Positions 34,751 through 44,034 of a stretch of DNA of 64,000 bases are shown here, in pieces. The notes beneath the pieces were generated by a model. It was not told where the DNA came from. It saw nothing but the letters and a program-made list of their open reading frames with translations, and did not search any database. A program made the position numbers and the translations under genes. Location of the stretch: the NCBI GenBank assembly GCA_035247945.1, contig DATFHX010000019.1, forward strand, positions 3,808-67,807, written 5' to 3'. The first letter of the stretch is position 1, and the number at the start of each line of letters is the position of its first letter. This stretch comes from Candidatus Saccharimonadales bacterium (lineage in GTDB: Bacteria; Patescibacteriota; Saccharimonadia; Saccharimonadales; Saccharimonadaceae).

Positions 34751-35110
34751 TTATTTTTTAACTGCTTTTGTAACCTTATCTACAGGCTGCTTGGCAGCGG
34801 ATACGACACGCTCAGAACGAGTTTTAGCTTCAGTAGCAAGTTTTTCAACTTCCTTATTCACATCCTTACCAAGTCGTTTCGCAGAAGCTGCGGCACTTTT
34901 TGCCATACCTGCTGCTTCCTCACGAGCTACAGTAGCGCTCTGCGCTGCAGAACCACGTGCTTCACCATATTGTTTAGTTGCATGTTTTCGAAGGTGCTTA
35001 GCCCTCGCTTGTAAATCTTTACGAGTTTCTTCACCGCTTTTTGGTGCAAGTAATACACCTGCTGCGAATCCTGCTGCGGCTGCGAGTGCGAGTTTGATTG
35101 CTTTAGACAT
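34751..35110 (-). CDS. YtxH-like general stress protein
   Basis: 119 aa. N-terminal hydrophobic helix, then APKSGEETRKDL and a Lys/Ala-rich helical tail. Confidence 0.72.
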   Translation of the reverse strand: MSKAIKLALAAAAGFAAGVLLAPKSGEETRKDLQARAKHLRKHATKQYGEARGSAAQSATVAREEAAGMAKSAAASAKRLGKDVNKEVEKLATEAKTRSERVVSAAKQPVDKVTKAVKK

Positions 35111-35143
35111 TGTATTCTCCTAATATGTGTATTTTAGTGAAAA

Positions 35144-35368
35144 TTATTTACGTGTTTTACGTGATTTATGAACGAGATTGCTAAAGAATCCCATTGGCGA
35201 AAACCATTCAGTGGCTGCTGCAACGTTCTGTGTAATTTCATCGACAGTCTTAGCGATACGCTTAATCTTGACAAGTACAAGCGTGACCGCGGTAAGAAGG
35301 GCGATAATCACAACGGACAGCAAGATCACCGTAACTGTAAGTAGGGTTACGACGGTGCTATTATCCAT
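35144..35368 (-). CDS. DUF948-like small membrane protein
   Basis: 74 aa. One TM followed by an amphipathic helix. Sits next to the YtxH-like gene, as in Firmicutes. Confidence 0.55.
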   Translation of the reverse strand: MDNSTVVTLLTVTVILLSVVIIALLTAVTLVLVKIKRIAKTVDEITQNVAAATEWFSPMGFFSNLVHKSRKTRK

Positions 35369-35516
35369 ACGTGTGGCTCCTTTTTATTTTTTTGTTTAGG
35401 TGCTTTTTATGTTGGTCGATGCCAATACTTGTATAGTAGCATTAAATTGACAAAAAAGCAATAGCTTTATGTCGTACTTGACAAAAATCGCATCACTTTC
35501 TGTGATGCGATCCCTG

Positions 35517-35897
35517 TTACGTATCTGCCTTGTTTTTAGCTTTGGCTTGTTGCCATGGCCAGCGCCCTTCAATCTCCATCTCAAATTCAACACCAAGAAA
35601 CGACCTGACGAGTACGATGATAGCCAAAATGATGACACTATTGAAACTCAAATCACCAGCCACAGAGCGGATGATATCTCCCGCTACAAGAAATTCGAGA
35701 CCAATGAGGATACTCCGAGCAAGATTGCTCCGATATGCTCTATATAGTCCATGTACGCTTCGATGACGAAGCACTGTTGCGGCCGCATATGCCGTCGAGA
35801 GAACAGCTCCAGCGAGGATAACGATCACCCCGAACATGTCGAGGATTTCCCCTGCGCTTTGTGCAAACGTCTCGAAATTAACCATTACTGGTATCAT
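35517..35897 (-). CDS. DUF1622-like membrane protein
   Basis: 126 aa. ...RSILIGLEFLVAGDIIRSV... pattern. Confidence 0.68.
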   Translation of the reverse strand: MIPVMVNFETFAQSAGEILDMFGVIVILAGAVLSTAYAAATVLRHRSVHGLYRAYRSNLARSILIGLEFLVAGDIIRSVAGDLSFNSVIILAIIVLVRSFLGVEFEMEIEGRWPWQQAKAKNKADT

Positions 35898-35931
35898 CGC
35901 ATATACGGATCGGTGCCGTCAAGATGGAGTG

Positions 35932-37680
35932 CTAGAGACTAAGTTCTTTAAGCTGCTCTGGGTCAACGACACTCGGTGAACTCATCATGGCATCAACACC
36001 AGAGCCGTTCTTTGGAAAGGCAACAACTTCACGAATGTTATCTTCACCTGTAAGTACCATGAAGATACGATCGATACCAAAGGCACATCCGGCATGTGGT
36101 GGAGCGCCATATTTAAAGGCATTAATCATAGCGCCGAAACGGCTATCCACGTAGTCCTTATCGTACCCAAGCGCACCAAAGACTTCATACATAACCTCAG
36201 GGTTATGGTTTCGAACCGCACCTGAGCAGATTTCATAGCCGTTAGCGACCATGTCATATTGATCTGCGAGAATGCTGAGCTTATCTTCTGCTTTAAGCGC
36301 ATCCAGGCCGCCCTTAGGCATACTGAATGGGTTATGACCAAAGTCGATCTTCTTCGCCTTGTCATCCCATTCGTAGAATGGAAAATCAACAATCCACGCA
36401 AGCGCAACTTTGTTCGGGTCCTTTAGGTTGAAGTGATCGGCAAATTCACTACGGAGGCGTCCGAGTACCTTGTTCGCTACTTCGCGTTTGTCTACACCGA
36501 AGAAAATAGTATCGCCATCCTTCGCTTCGAGGCGTTCTTTAATAGCCGTCAGCTCCTGCTCCGAAAGAAACTTCGCAATAGGCGACTTCACCTCTCCATC
36601 ACTATAGGTAATATAAGCAAGCCCTCCGGCTCCTTCGCTTTTTGCTACTTCGGTGAATTGATCAATTTGCTTGCGACTCAGAGCCGCGGCGCCTTCAACT
36701 CGAATTGCTTTAACGACGCCACCGTCTTTAATGGCGTTTGCAAAGACACTAAATGCCGTGTCCTTAAGAACATCAGTGAGTTCAATAAGCTCCATTCCGA
36801 AACGGAGATCTGGCTTGTCTGATCCATATCGGTCCATTGCTTCCTGGTACGGAATACGTGGCACGTCTACAGTCGTGAGTTCTTTGCCTGCAAATTCTGT
36901 AACCAGTCGCTTAATGAGTGGCTCCATGGTGGATCGTACTACTTCACCATCTTCTACAAATGACATTTCGAGGTCAAGCTGGTAGAAATCACCATAGAGA
37001 CGATCCGCACGTGGATCCTCGTCGCGAAAACAGGTTGCAATCTGGTAGTACCGTGAAACACCACCGACCATAAGAAGCTGCTTGAACTGCTGTGGTGCCT
37101 GCGGAAGCGCATAGAACTTGCCAGGGTGGACGCGAGATGGAACTAAGAAGTCACGAGCACCTTCTGGACTTGAGTTCGCGAGAATTGGAGTTGTAATCTC
37201 AGTGAACTCATTCTCTTCCATGTACTCACGCATGAACTTGTAATATAGTGAGCGCTTCTTGAGCGTTTCCTGCATTTTGCTTCGACGAAGGTCAAGATAG
37301 CGGTACTTGAGGCGATGTTCTTCACTTGCCTGTGGAGCATCTTCGCGAACAGGAATTGGGAGTGGCCTTGCGCGGTTAAGCAGGCGCAGTTCAGTAACGA
37401 AAATTTCGTAGTTTCCCATAGGGAGGTTAGGGTTCTTTAGCGCTTCGTCGCGCTCTTTCATTGTCCCGGTTGCTGAAACGACAAACTCGTCGCGAACTTG
37501 CTCGGCAAGTTCAAAGGCTTCGGCATATTCAGGTTGAACAACCAGCTGCATAATGCCGCTGTGGTCGCGAAGGTCGATAAAGATTAGTCCTCCGTGATCT
37601 CGGCGTGAGTGCACCCAGCCACTTACAGTTACGGTTTGCCCCATTTCTAGAGCGAGGTCTTTTACAAGTGTCCGTGTCAT
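35932..37680 (-). CDS. aspS: Aspartyl-tRNA synthetase (bacterial type)
   Basis: 582 aa. OB-fold N-terminus, class II motifs (FRDEDPRADR, GGLDR-type C-terminal region GIDRIFMVLTG). Confidence 0.97.
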   Translation of the reverse strand: MTRTLVKDLALEMGQTVTVSGWVHSRRDHGGLIFIDLRDHSGIMQLVVQPEYAEAFELAEQVRDEFVVSATGTMKERDEALKNPNLPMGNYEIFVTELRLLNRARPLPIPVREDAPQASEEHRLKYRYLDLRRSKMQETLKKRSLYYKFMREYMEENEFTEITTPILANSSPEGARDFLVPSRVHPGKFYALPQAPQQFKQLLMVGGVSRYYQIATCFRDEDPRADRLYGDFYQLDLEMSFVEDGEVVRSTMEPLIKRLVTEFAGKELTTVDVPRIPYQEAMDRYGSDKPDLRFGMELIELTDVLKDTAFSVFANAIKDGGVVKAIRVEGAAALSRKQIDQFTEVAKSEGAGGLAYITYSDGEVKSPIAKFLSEQELTAIKERLEAKDGDTIFFGVDKREVANKVLGRLRSEFADHFNLKDPNKVALAWIVDFPFYEWDDKAKKIDFGHNPFSMPKGGLDALKAEDKLSILADQYDMVANGYEICSGAVRNHNPEVMYEVFGALGYDKDYVDSRFGAMINAFKYGAPPHAGCAFGIDRIFMVLTGEDNIREVVAFPKNGSGVDAMMSSPSVVDPEQLKELSL

Positions 37681-37834
37681 AAAGAATTCCTTGTTAGTAG
37701 TAGTAAATGGCCGAATGGGTCGATTACTAAAAGCGCGCCGAGCTTTTAGCCGACCCGTCGATTATTGTCAGAATCGATTTGCCATGTCATAGATAGGATT
37801 ATTTTACCACAGAATAACGGGTGTGGCTACGGGA

Positions 37835-38872
37835 CTATACATCCTTCCGGCCAGTAGAAATATTATTGCCATGTGGATTACGAGCGGCAACCACACGAAG
37901 ATCCTCATGTGCGTCAAATTCATCGACAATCTTTTTACCAAGCAGGGATTCGATAACGTCCTCAAGTGTAATGAGTCCGACCGTTTCTTGGAATTCGTTC
38001 ACTACAATAAACAAGTGGTGTCTGGTGCGGAGGAATGCCGCCAGCGCATGACGAAGCGTTTGGGTATTTTTAATATAGAATACTCGTGGTTCCATCGACT
38101 TTTTTACGGTAGACGATTTACTTCCCGCATTTACTACAAGAAGATTTTGAATGTAGAGCATTCCGACAACATGATCGATATCGCCGTTAACAACGGGAAA
38201 ACGACTATGTCCTGTCTTATGAAGGTCGCTTAATACGAGTGGGCCAAGCACTTCATCGACTGGGATGCTCTCGATCACGGCACGTGGCGTCATAACTGAC
38301 TCCACGGTTCGCGTATCAAACTGCAGACTTTCTGAAATGAGTCGTCGTTCATCTGCAGAGAGGATCCCTGTTGCCTTGCTCACAAGATGATCGAGTTCCT
38401 CCCTCGACTCTAGTTGAGACTCCTCCTGTTTGATACTGACGCTTCGAAAGAGCATTCCAACCCAGGTGTGCCGTGTAACAAATGTAAGAATGTGTGGCTC
38501 TACCTTCTCGTAGTATCGCTCAACAAAGGTGCCGAGACCCGCAATCCGTGCAATCCTTCCATACTCGAGCGCCACAAGCACTGCGATAATTACACCAAAG
38601 AGCCATCCAAATGCAGCCACGCTAGCCGTCACGAAGATAACGAGAAGGAGCGCCTGAAGGACACGAAGGAGCGATAGGATGTCTTCAAGAGCATTCTCAC
38701 GTTCTAAGATGGACGCGGCTTTCGCATCGCCCGCCTCCGTACGTCGCTTGAGCTCAAAGAGACTCACTGCAGTTCTCGTTGGAGCGATACTACTGGTTGC
38801 TATCAGCAAAAAGAAAATAAGTATACAGACGATAATCATGCCGGTAGTCATATCCTTATTGTACCCTACCAT
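37835..38872 (-). CDS. CNNM/DUF21 transmembrane domain plus CBS-pair protein (TlyC/CorC family, no CorC_HlyC domain)
   Basis: 345 aa. N-terminal 4-TM region, then two CBS motifs (VMTPR...VVNGD.DHVVGMLY; ...LFIVVNEFQETVGLITLEDVIE). Confidence 0.85.
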   Translation of the reverse strand: MVGYNKDMTTGMIIVCILIFFLLIATSSIAPTRTAVSLFELKRRTEAGDAKAASILERENALEDILSLLRVLQALLLVIFVTASVAAFGWLFGVIIAVLVALEYGRIARIAGLGTFVERYYEKVEPHILTFVTRHTWVGMLFRSVSIKQEESQLESREELDHLVSKATGILSADERRLISESLQFDTRTVESVMTPRAVIESIPVDEVLGPLVLSDLHKTGHSRFPVVNGDIDHVVGMLYIQNLLVVNAGSKSSTVKKSMEPRVFYIKNTQTLRHALAAFLRTRHHLFIVVNEFQETVGLITLEDVIESLLGKKIVDEFDAHEDLRVVAARNPHGNNISTGRKDV

Positions 38873-38927
38873 TTGCTTGTGGCTTAGAGGTTTTTGTCCT
38901 ACACTTAGTATAGTTTAACCATAAGGA

Positions 38928-39611
38928 GTGCGTTTAGTGAGCAAAAAAACCTGGATTATCTTTGCGGCTGTATGTGTGGTGGTACTAGCCGGACTGATTT
39001 ATTTCTCAAGCCGAAACAGAGTGGACGTAAGTGGCATTGACTCAAGCAAGATTCTTGCCGCAACAAGCCAGTCAGGCAATATTGCAGATCATGTCTTCGG
39101 AAAAGCAGATAGTAAAGTCATTTTCGTCGAATATGGTGACTACCAATGCCCTGGTTGTGGTAATGCATATGCGCCTGTAAAGGAGATTACCGAAAAGTAC
39201 AAAGACAAGGTTGCCTTTGTCTTTCGTAACTTCCCCCTCTCGAGTTTACACCCGAATGCTCGTGCTGCAGCCGCAACAGCTGAAGCAGCCGGCCTTCAAG
39301 GAAAGTACTGGGAGATGCATGATAAACTCTATGAAACTCAGAACTCTTGGAATAGCCTAGACGGCGCACAGCGTTCAACCTACTTTGAAGATGCCGCTAA
39401 AGAGCTTGGGCTCAATATCGATACGTTCAAGAAGGATGTGAACGCGGGAAACGTCCTCGATAAGATCAACTTTGACCTAGCACTTGGTAAGTCGATCGGC
39501 ATTACGAGCACTCCAAGCTTCTATCTAAATGGACAAAAGTTCGATCCATACACAAATAATCAGTTCGATTCAGACAAGGTTTCAAAAGCATTCGAAGACA
39601 AGCTGAAGTAG
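38928..39611 (+). CDS. DsbA-family thiol:disulfide oxidoreductase, membrane anchored
   Basis: 227 aa. N-terminal TM. Active site YGDYQCPGCGNAY. Confidence 0.85.
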   Translation: MRLVSKKTWIIFAAVCVVVLAGLIYFSSRNRVDVSGIDSSKILAATSQSGNIADHVFGKADSKVIFVEYGDYQCPGCGNAYAPVKEITEKYKDKVAFVFRNFPLSSLHPNARAAAATAEAAGLQGKYWEMHDKLYETQNSWNSLDGAQRSTYFEDAAKELGLNIDTFKKDVNAGNVLDKINFDLALGKSIGITSTPSFYLNGQKFDPYTNNQFDSDKVSKAFEDKLK

Positions 39612-39634
39612 TAGGAAACACCCTAAAAAACCAA

Positions 39635-39669
39635 AAACACCCCGGTGCCTTGGGGTGTTTTACTTTTTC
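39635..39669 (+). terminator. Rho-independent terminator
   Basis: aaacacccc-ggtgcctt-ggggtgttt, followed by tacttttt. Confidence 0.75.
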
Positions 39670-40003
39670 TAGGTTAACACACTAATGTGCGATATACAGT
39701 TGCCATTCGGCAGGCACCACATCCACTGCAATCTTTTTGCGTCTCGTAGACACAAATTCGACAGCTATTGGCATGTGCGGTTTGTACTCCTTGTACTATG
39801 TGCAGCCCTACGCGCTTCGACCTATTTAAGAAAATTTACGTGTTTTGACGCAGGACACATATGAAATAATAGCAATCCTGCCTATACACGTCAAGTATAC
39901 CTACGCACCTCACGTAGTGGTTATGCTTTTACTATATCGAAAAAACAGATCACCGACAACCCTTTAAGCGTAGGCAAATTTACTACGCCAGGACTAAGAC
40001 GAC

Positions 40004-40921
40004 CTAGAAGATGCCGCGCTTTCGGCCAATTGCAAATACCAAAAAGACGATTGCCAGACTAAAGAGAAGGATGACGAAATACACCCACTGTTCGTGTTGG
40101 AACGGAAGGCCTACATTCATGCCGTACATGCCGTAGACTACGTTAGGGAGTGCGATAAGGACAGTAAGCACCGTCAGTGTCTTCATGCGCATATTGAGGA
40201 CGTTATTTGCGATTGTCCCGTAGGCATTACGGATACTGAGCACGCTTTGGCTGTAACTCTCTATTGCAACCAGAAGCTGACGAATATAGAGGAGGATATC
40301 GTCAATTGCCTCGGTATGTCCATTTCCGTATTCTGTACGGAGGCGTTCTGCTACGACAAGCATTGCAGCTAGATTCATCTTATATTCGTTAAGGTTATCT
40401 TCTACAGTTACAAAGCGAATAAAGTCGTCGTTTGTTACTTCATGTGAGCGAAGGCGTCTTCCGGTGTCGTGTATATTCTGCGCTGTATGCTGCATGAGGA
40501 ATTCATAATCACTAAGGATAGACACAAACGTAGCGAGCAGGAGTCCTACACTGTCATCGAGGTGCTGTGCGACACTCTGATGTGTTGATGCCGTGCTTGG
40601 AGTCTCACGTGATGATAACGTCGCAAACACTGACCCTCTCACAGCGAGAAGGACCGGTGCGGTTGAAGCACGCCCATGCTTATCTCGTTGGATTGTCCGA
40701 ACAAATACATAGGTGCCGTCATTCTTCTTTTCAACTCGCGGGAGCTCATGAGCATCTAGAACATCTCTCAGGATATTAATATCCAGCGTGTAGGTCTTTG
40801 AGAGCATCTGGAGATCTGCATCGTCAACGTGATCACCACGAATCCACACCTCCCCTTCAGGTGGAGATGCGATCGCCTGGAACTCCTCACCGCGGCTCCG
40901 TCGAATAAAGTACCGAATCAT
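40004..40921 (-). CDS. corA: CorA-family magnesium/cobalt transporter
   Basis: C-terminal two TM with YGMNV (GMN motif). ATG at 40921 within the ORF open to 40969. Confidence 0.85.
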   Translation of the reverse strand: MIRYFIRRSRGEEFQAIASPPEGEVWIRGDHVDDADLQMLSKTYTLDINILRDVLDAHELPRVEKKNDGTYVFVRTIQRDKHGRASTAPVLLAVRGSVFATLSSRETPSTASTHQSVAQHLDDSVGLLLATFVSILSDYEFLMQHTAQNIHDTGRRLRSHEVTNDDFIRFVTVEDNLNEYKMNLAAMLVVAERLRTEYGNGHTEAIDDILLYIRQLLVAIESYSQSVLSIRNAYGTIANNVLNMRMKTLTVLTVLIALPNVVYGMYGMNVGLPFQHEQWVYFVILLFSLAIVFLVFAIGRKRGIF

Positions 40922-40962
40922 TACATTAGCAGTATACCGTGTTTTAGAAGGTGTGCCTATAT

Positions 40963-40994
40963 AAAACACCCCAGATTGATATCTGGGGTGTTTT
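40963..40994. terminator. Hairpin terminator after the MFS gene
   Basis: 14-bp perfect stem aaaacaccccagat/atctggggtgtttt. Confidence 0.65.
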
Positions 40995-41010
40995 TGGTAT
41001 ATAACCAGGA

Positions 41011-42708
41011 CTAGAGTTCGCCTGGCGTTACCTCTGCACTCGCCGCTTGGAGCGGGCGCTCTTTGATTGTCAGCGAGAGGACCAGGCCTACAGCCATCAC
41101 GATAGCAGCGATCATAAAGATCTGGTGCATACCGTCAGCGTACGCGTTAACAATCTTGTCGCTATACTCGTCCTGCTGCTTCGAGAACGCATCTTTTTGC
41201 TGCGTTTTCACCGCTTCAGGAAGGTGCATCGAATCGATAGCCTTATCTGCGCCTTCTGCAATTTTATTCCTTGTGTCAGGCATGTTCAGGTTGAGAAGCG
41301 TATTTGCGTCTGTCAGATCGCCAAATGCTTGGCTTGCTGCAGGCATTTTCTGCAAACTCTGAATGTAGCTGTTGTGGCTCATGTCACCAAGCGAGTTAGT
41401 GAGGCTGAGTGTAAGCATACTTCCGAAGATGGCAACACCAATTGTTGAACCAAGGCCACGGAAGAGCTGATTCGAACTCGTCGCCATACCAAGGTCTTTT
41501 TGTTCGAATTCGTTCTGGGTTGCAATCGCCATGAGTGGCATACCTGCACCGATACCAACACCGACAAATACCATGATCACTGCTTCCTGGAGGAATGAAC
41601 TCTCCGGTGTAAGTGTGAGAAGCATCGCCATAGATGCGGTTGCGATCGTAAACCCGGCAACCATGAACCGCTTGTATGCACCCGTCTTAGAGACAAGGCG
41701 TCCGACGAGGATGCTTGCTGCCATAAGACCAACGATCATAGGCATGAGCATGAGCCCAGATTGAGTAGGTGTTGCACCAAAGACCTGCTGGTTAAACTGC
41801 GTTAGGTAAAGGATTGAACCCATCATACCCGCACCAACCGCAATAGCGATTCCAAGCAGGATAAGGAAGTTACGGTTCTTAAAGAAGCGTAGATCCAGGA
41901 TCGGCTCCTTCACGCGCTTCTCAACAAAGACAAAGAGCGCAGTCGCTACAACGATGATAGCCGCCATGATAAGACGAAGACCACCGAGTGAAAGTCCAGT
42001 ACTATCGAGCAGGTTGGCAAAAATCTGCTCAGTGTTGTCCACTGCAAGGACAATTGTCGCAAGAATAACTGCGAGCAGTCCAGCACCAACAAAGTCAATC
42101 TTTGGCTTGTTTTCGTGCTTAAGCGGTGGGCAGAAGATTGCGATAATCGCAAGTGCCGCAATACCAACTGGAATGTTGATAAAGAACGTCCAGCGCCAGT
42201 CAGTCACGAGGCCAAGAATGGTGTGTGACTCTGTAAGGAATCCTCCAAGGAGTGGACCGATGAGTGATGAGATACCGAAAACGGCACCGATCATCCCCTG
42301 CCACTTACCGCGCTCACGTGCGGCGAACAGGTCACCAACGATCGTAAAGGCGTTGGCCATGATGATACCACCACCGATACCCTGGAAGGCACGCCAAATG
42401 ATGAGCTGGTTGATATCACCACTCATACCACTTAGGAATGAGCCGAGGGTGAAAATCCCCACACCCGTCAAGATGACGTTGCGGCGACCAAACATGTCAG
42501 ACATCTTACCCGCAATAGGCGTTGTAATCGTGGTTGTAATAAGATACGCCGTCACCACCCACGTTAGTGATGAAAAGGCGTTGAACTCTTCGACAATCTT
42601 ACCGAGAGCCGTCGAGACGATGGTCTGGTCGAGCGCAACCAAAAAAAGGCTGGCCATAACCGAGATCATGATAATCAACTTGCTGCGCAAGCTAAGATGA
42701 TGATGCAT
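41011..42708 (-). CDS. MFS transporter, DHA2 (14-TMS EmrB/QacA-like) family
   Basis: 565 aa. GKMSDMFGRRNV motif and about 14 helices. Confidence 0.88.
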   Translation of the reverse strand: MHHHLSLRSKLIIMISVMASLFLVALDQTIVSTALGKIVEEFNAFSSLTWVVTAYLITTTITTPIAGKMSDMFGRRNVILTGVGIFTLGSFLSGMSGDINQLIIWRAFQGIGGGIIMANAFTIVGDLFAARERGKWQGMIGAVFGISSLIGPLLGGFLTESHTILGLVTDWRWTFFINIPVGIAALAIIAIFCPPLKHENKPKIDFVGAGLLAVILATIVLAVDNTEQIFANLLDSTGLSLGGLRLIMAAIIVVATALFVFVEKRVKEPILDLRFFKNRNFLILLGIAIAVGAGMMGSILYLTQFNQQVFGATPTQSGLMLMPMIVGLMAASILVGRLVSKTGAYKRFMVAGFTIATASMAMLLTLTPESSFLQEAVIMVFVGVGIGAGMPLMAIATQNEFEQKDLGMATSSNQLFRGLGSTIGVAIFGSMLTLSLTNSLGDMSHNSYIQSLQKMPAASQAFGDLTDANTLLNLNMPDTRNKIAEGADKAIDSMHLPEAVKTQQKDAFSKQQDEYSDKIVNAYADGMHQIFMIAAIVMAVGLVLSLTIKERPLQAASAEVTPGEL

Positions 42709-42714
42709 CGTGCA

Positions 42715-42969
42715 TTACTCCTTATTGTTATCTGCGAGGGCGCGAAAGCTCTCAATGCTTTCGGTCATCTGTTTTACCAGTGACTCGAGCATTTCTTCTT
42801 TAAGTAGTACAACACCGCTTCCGTGCATTCCGTTCATAACATATAAACGGTCTCCGGGCTTAATGTTTAACTCCTCACGGGCGTCAGCAGGAATAACTAC
42901 CTGACCTTTCGATCCAACAGTAGCGGTTCCGTATAACTTTTTATCACCCATTAGTTGTTTACTACTCAT
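42715..42969 (-). CDS. AbrB/MazE/SpoVT-family DNA-binding protein
   Basis: 84 aa. VGSKGQVVIPADAREELNIKPGDRLYV swapped-hairpin motif. Lies 7 nt upstream of the MFS gene. Confidence 0.8.
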   Translation of the reverse strand: MSSKQLMGDKKLYGTATVGSKGQVVIPADAREELNIKPGDRLYVMNGMHGSGVVLLKEEMLESLVKQMTESIESFRALADNNKE

Positions 42970-42981
42970 ATCGCGCTTCTC

Positions 42982-43020
42982 CTTGTAGACATTGTACTAC
43001 AAGTATGAAAAGTATGTCAA
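42982..43020 (-). promoter_or_regulatory. Putative promoter with overlapping inverted repeat (candidate AbrB-type operator)
   Basis: On the minus strand: TTGACA-18 nt-TACAAT, then AAGGAG SD. The inverted repeat CTTGTAG-N8-CTACAAG (42982-43003) spans the -10. Confidence 0.45.
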
Positions 43021-43066
43021 GTATCCCACGAGCATTCTATGGGAAAACGTCCCAAAAGAAACCTGT

Positions 43067-43984
43067 CTATCGTTTACGCATGAAGTAGATAATGAGAATT
43101 AATGCCGCAATCGCACTCCCCCCTACAATGAGCCAAAATGCGTATGGTGAATGTGGATCACCTGGAAGTACGACGTTCATACCAAAGATCCCCGCCATCA
43201 TGGTTGGAATCGTCATCGCAAGGGTAATTACGGTGAGGATTCGGATCGTTTCGTTAAGGCGCGTGTCCATGACGGCGCGGTATGAATCTCGCACGTTCGT
43301 AATAGTACGAAGCAGGCTCTTACATCGCCCGACGAGCTGTTCAAGATCAATCGAAAGATCTTCGACAAGATCCCTATCATCTTCGTAGAGACGGATCATT
43401 TTTCCGCTTAGAAGTTTCTCAAGGGCAATGTTCATTGGAATTAACGCATCGGTGTAATCGTTAAGTTTTCGCTCATATTCAACAAATGTCGCGATGTCTT
43501 TCGGACGAAGATTCACCACGTCCGTTGACGCTGCGCGCATCTGCCTATTAATTGCTGCAACCCGTGTCTGGTATTGGCGGACAATGGCATCAACCATCAC
43601 CATAAAGAACTTCGTCTTCTGCGTTGTTGGAATGGTTGTTCTATCTATAAATGGCTGCCACATACGACCGAGCGGATCACGGCTTACTGTCACGATATGC
43701 TCTTTGCCAAGCGCAAAGAGCATTGGCGTGGTGAAGTCATTGAAATCGTCATCGGTGTCGGGAAGACGGGTGAAGAAATACGTCCACTCGCCGTCTACTT
43801 CAATACGAGGCACTTCGTGAGGGTCGAGTGCATCGCTGAGGATATCCTCATCAAGCCCAAGCTCAATGAGTGTTGCGAGCTCTTCTTCCTGTGGCTTCTC
43901 AACACGAACCCAACTTCCCGGCTGCAACGTATCTCGCTCTTTTATTTCTGGTCGGTGGTGCGTAGAGCGAAGAACGGTAATCAT
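43067..43984 (-). CDS. corA: CorA-family magnesium/cobalt transporter (second paralog)
   Basis: 305 aa. GIFGMNV (GMN) plus two C-terminal TM. Confidence 0.85.
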   Translation of the reverse strand: MITVLRSTHHRPEIKERDTLQPGSWVRVEKPQEEELATLIELGLDEDILSDALDPHEVPRIEVDGEWTYFFTRLPDTDDDFNDFTTPMLFALGKEHIVTVSRDPLGRMWQPFIDRTTIPTTQKTKFFMVMVDAIVRQYQTRVAAINRQMRAASTDVVNLRPKDIATFVEYERKLNDYTDALIPMNIALEKLLSGKMIRLYEDDRDLVEDLSIDLEQLVGRCKSLLRTITNVRDSYRAVMDTRLNETIRILTVITLAMTIPTMMAGIFGMNVVLPGDPHSPYAFWLIVGGSAIAALILIIYFMRKR

Positions 43985-44034
43985 ATATTCAGTATAGCAG
44001 CTCGGGAAAGGGATCTTCTTCTGTAAAAGATGTA

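Noticed and set aside
37681-37834. Possible T-box riboswitch upstream of aspS
   Set aside because: The leader is only about 150 nt. It lacks the conserved T-box sequence (…GGUGGUACCGCG…) and the AGAGA/GNUGGNA motifs. Only a generic stem-loop is present.
39685-39864. 59-aa ORF (MCDIQLPFGRHHIHCNLF...) in the long dsbA-corA spacer
   Set aside because: It has no SD, an odd composition and no terminator relationship. It is treated as non-coding pending evidence.
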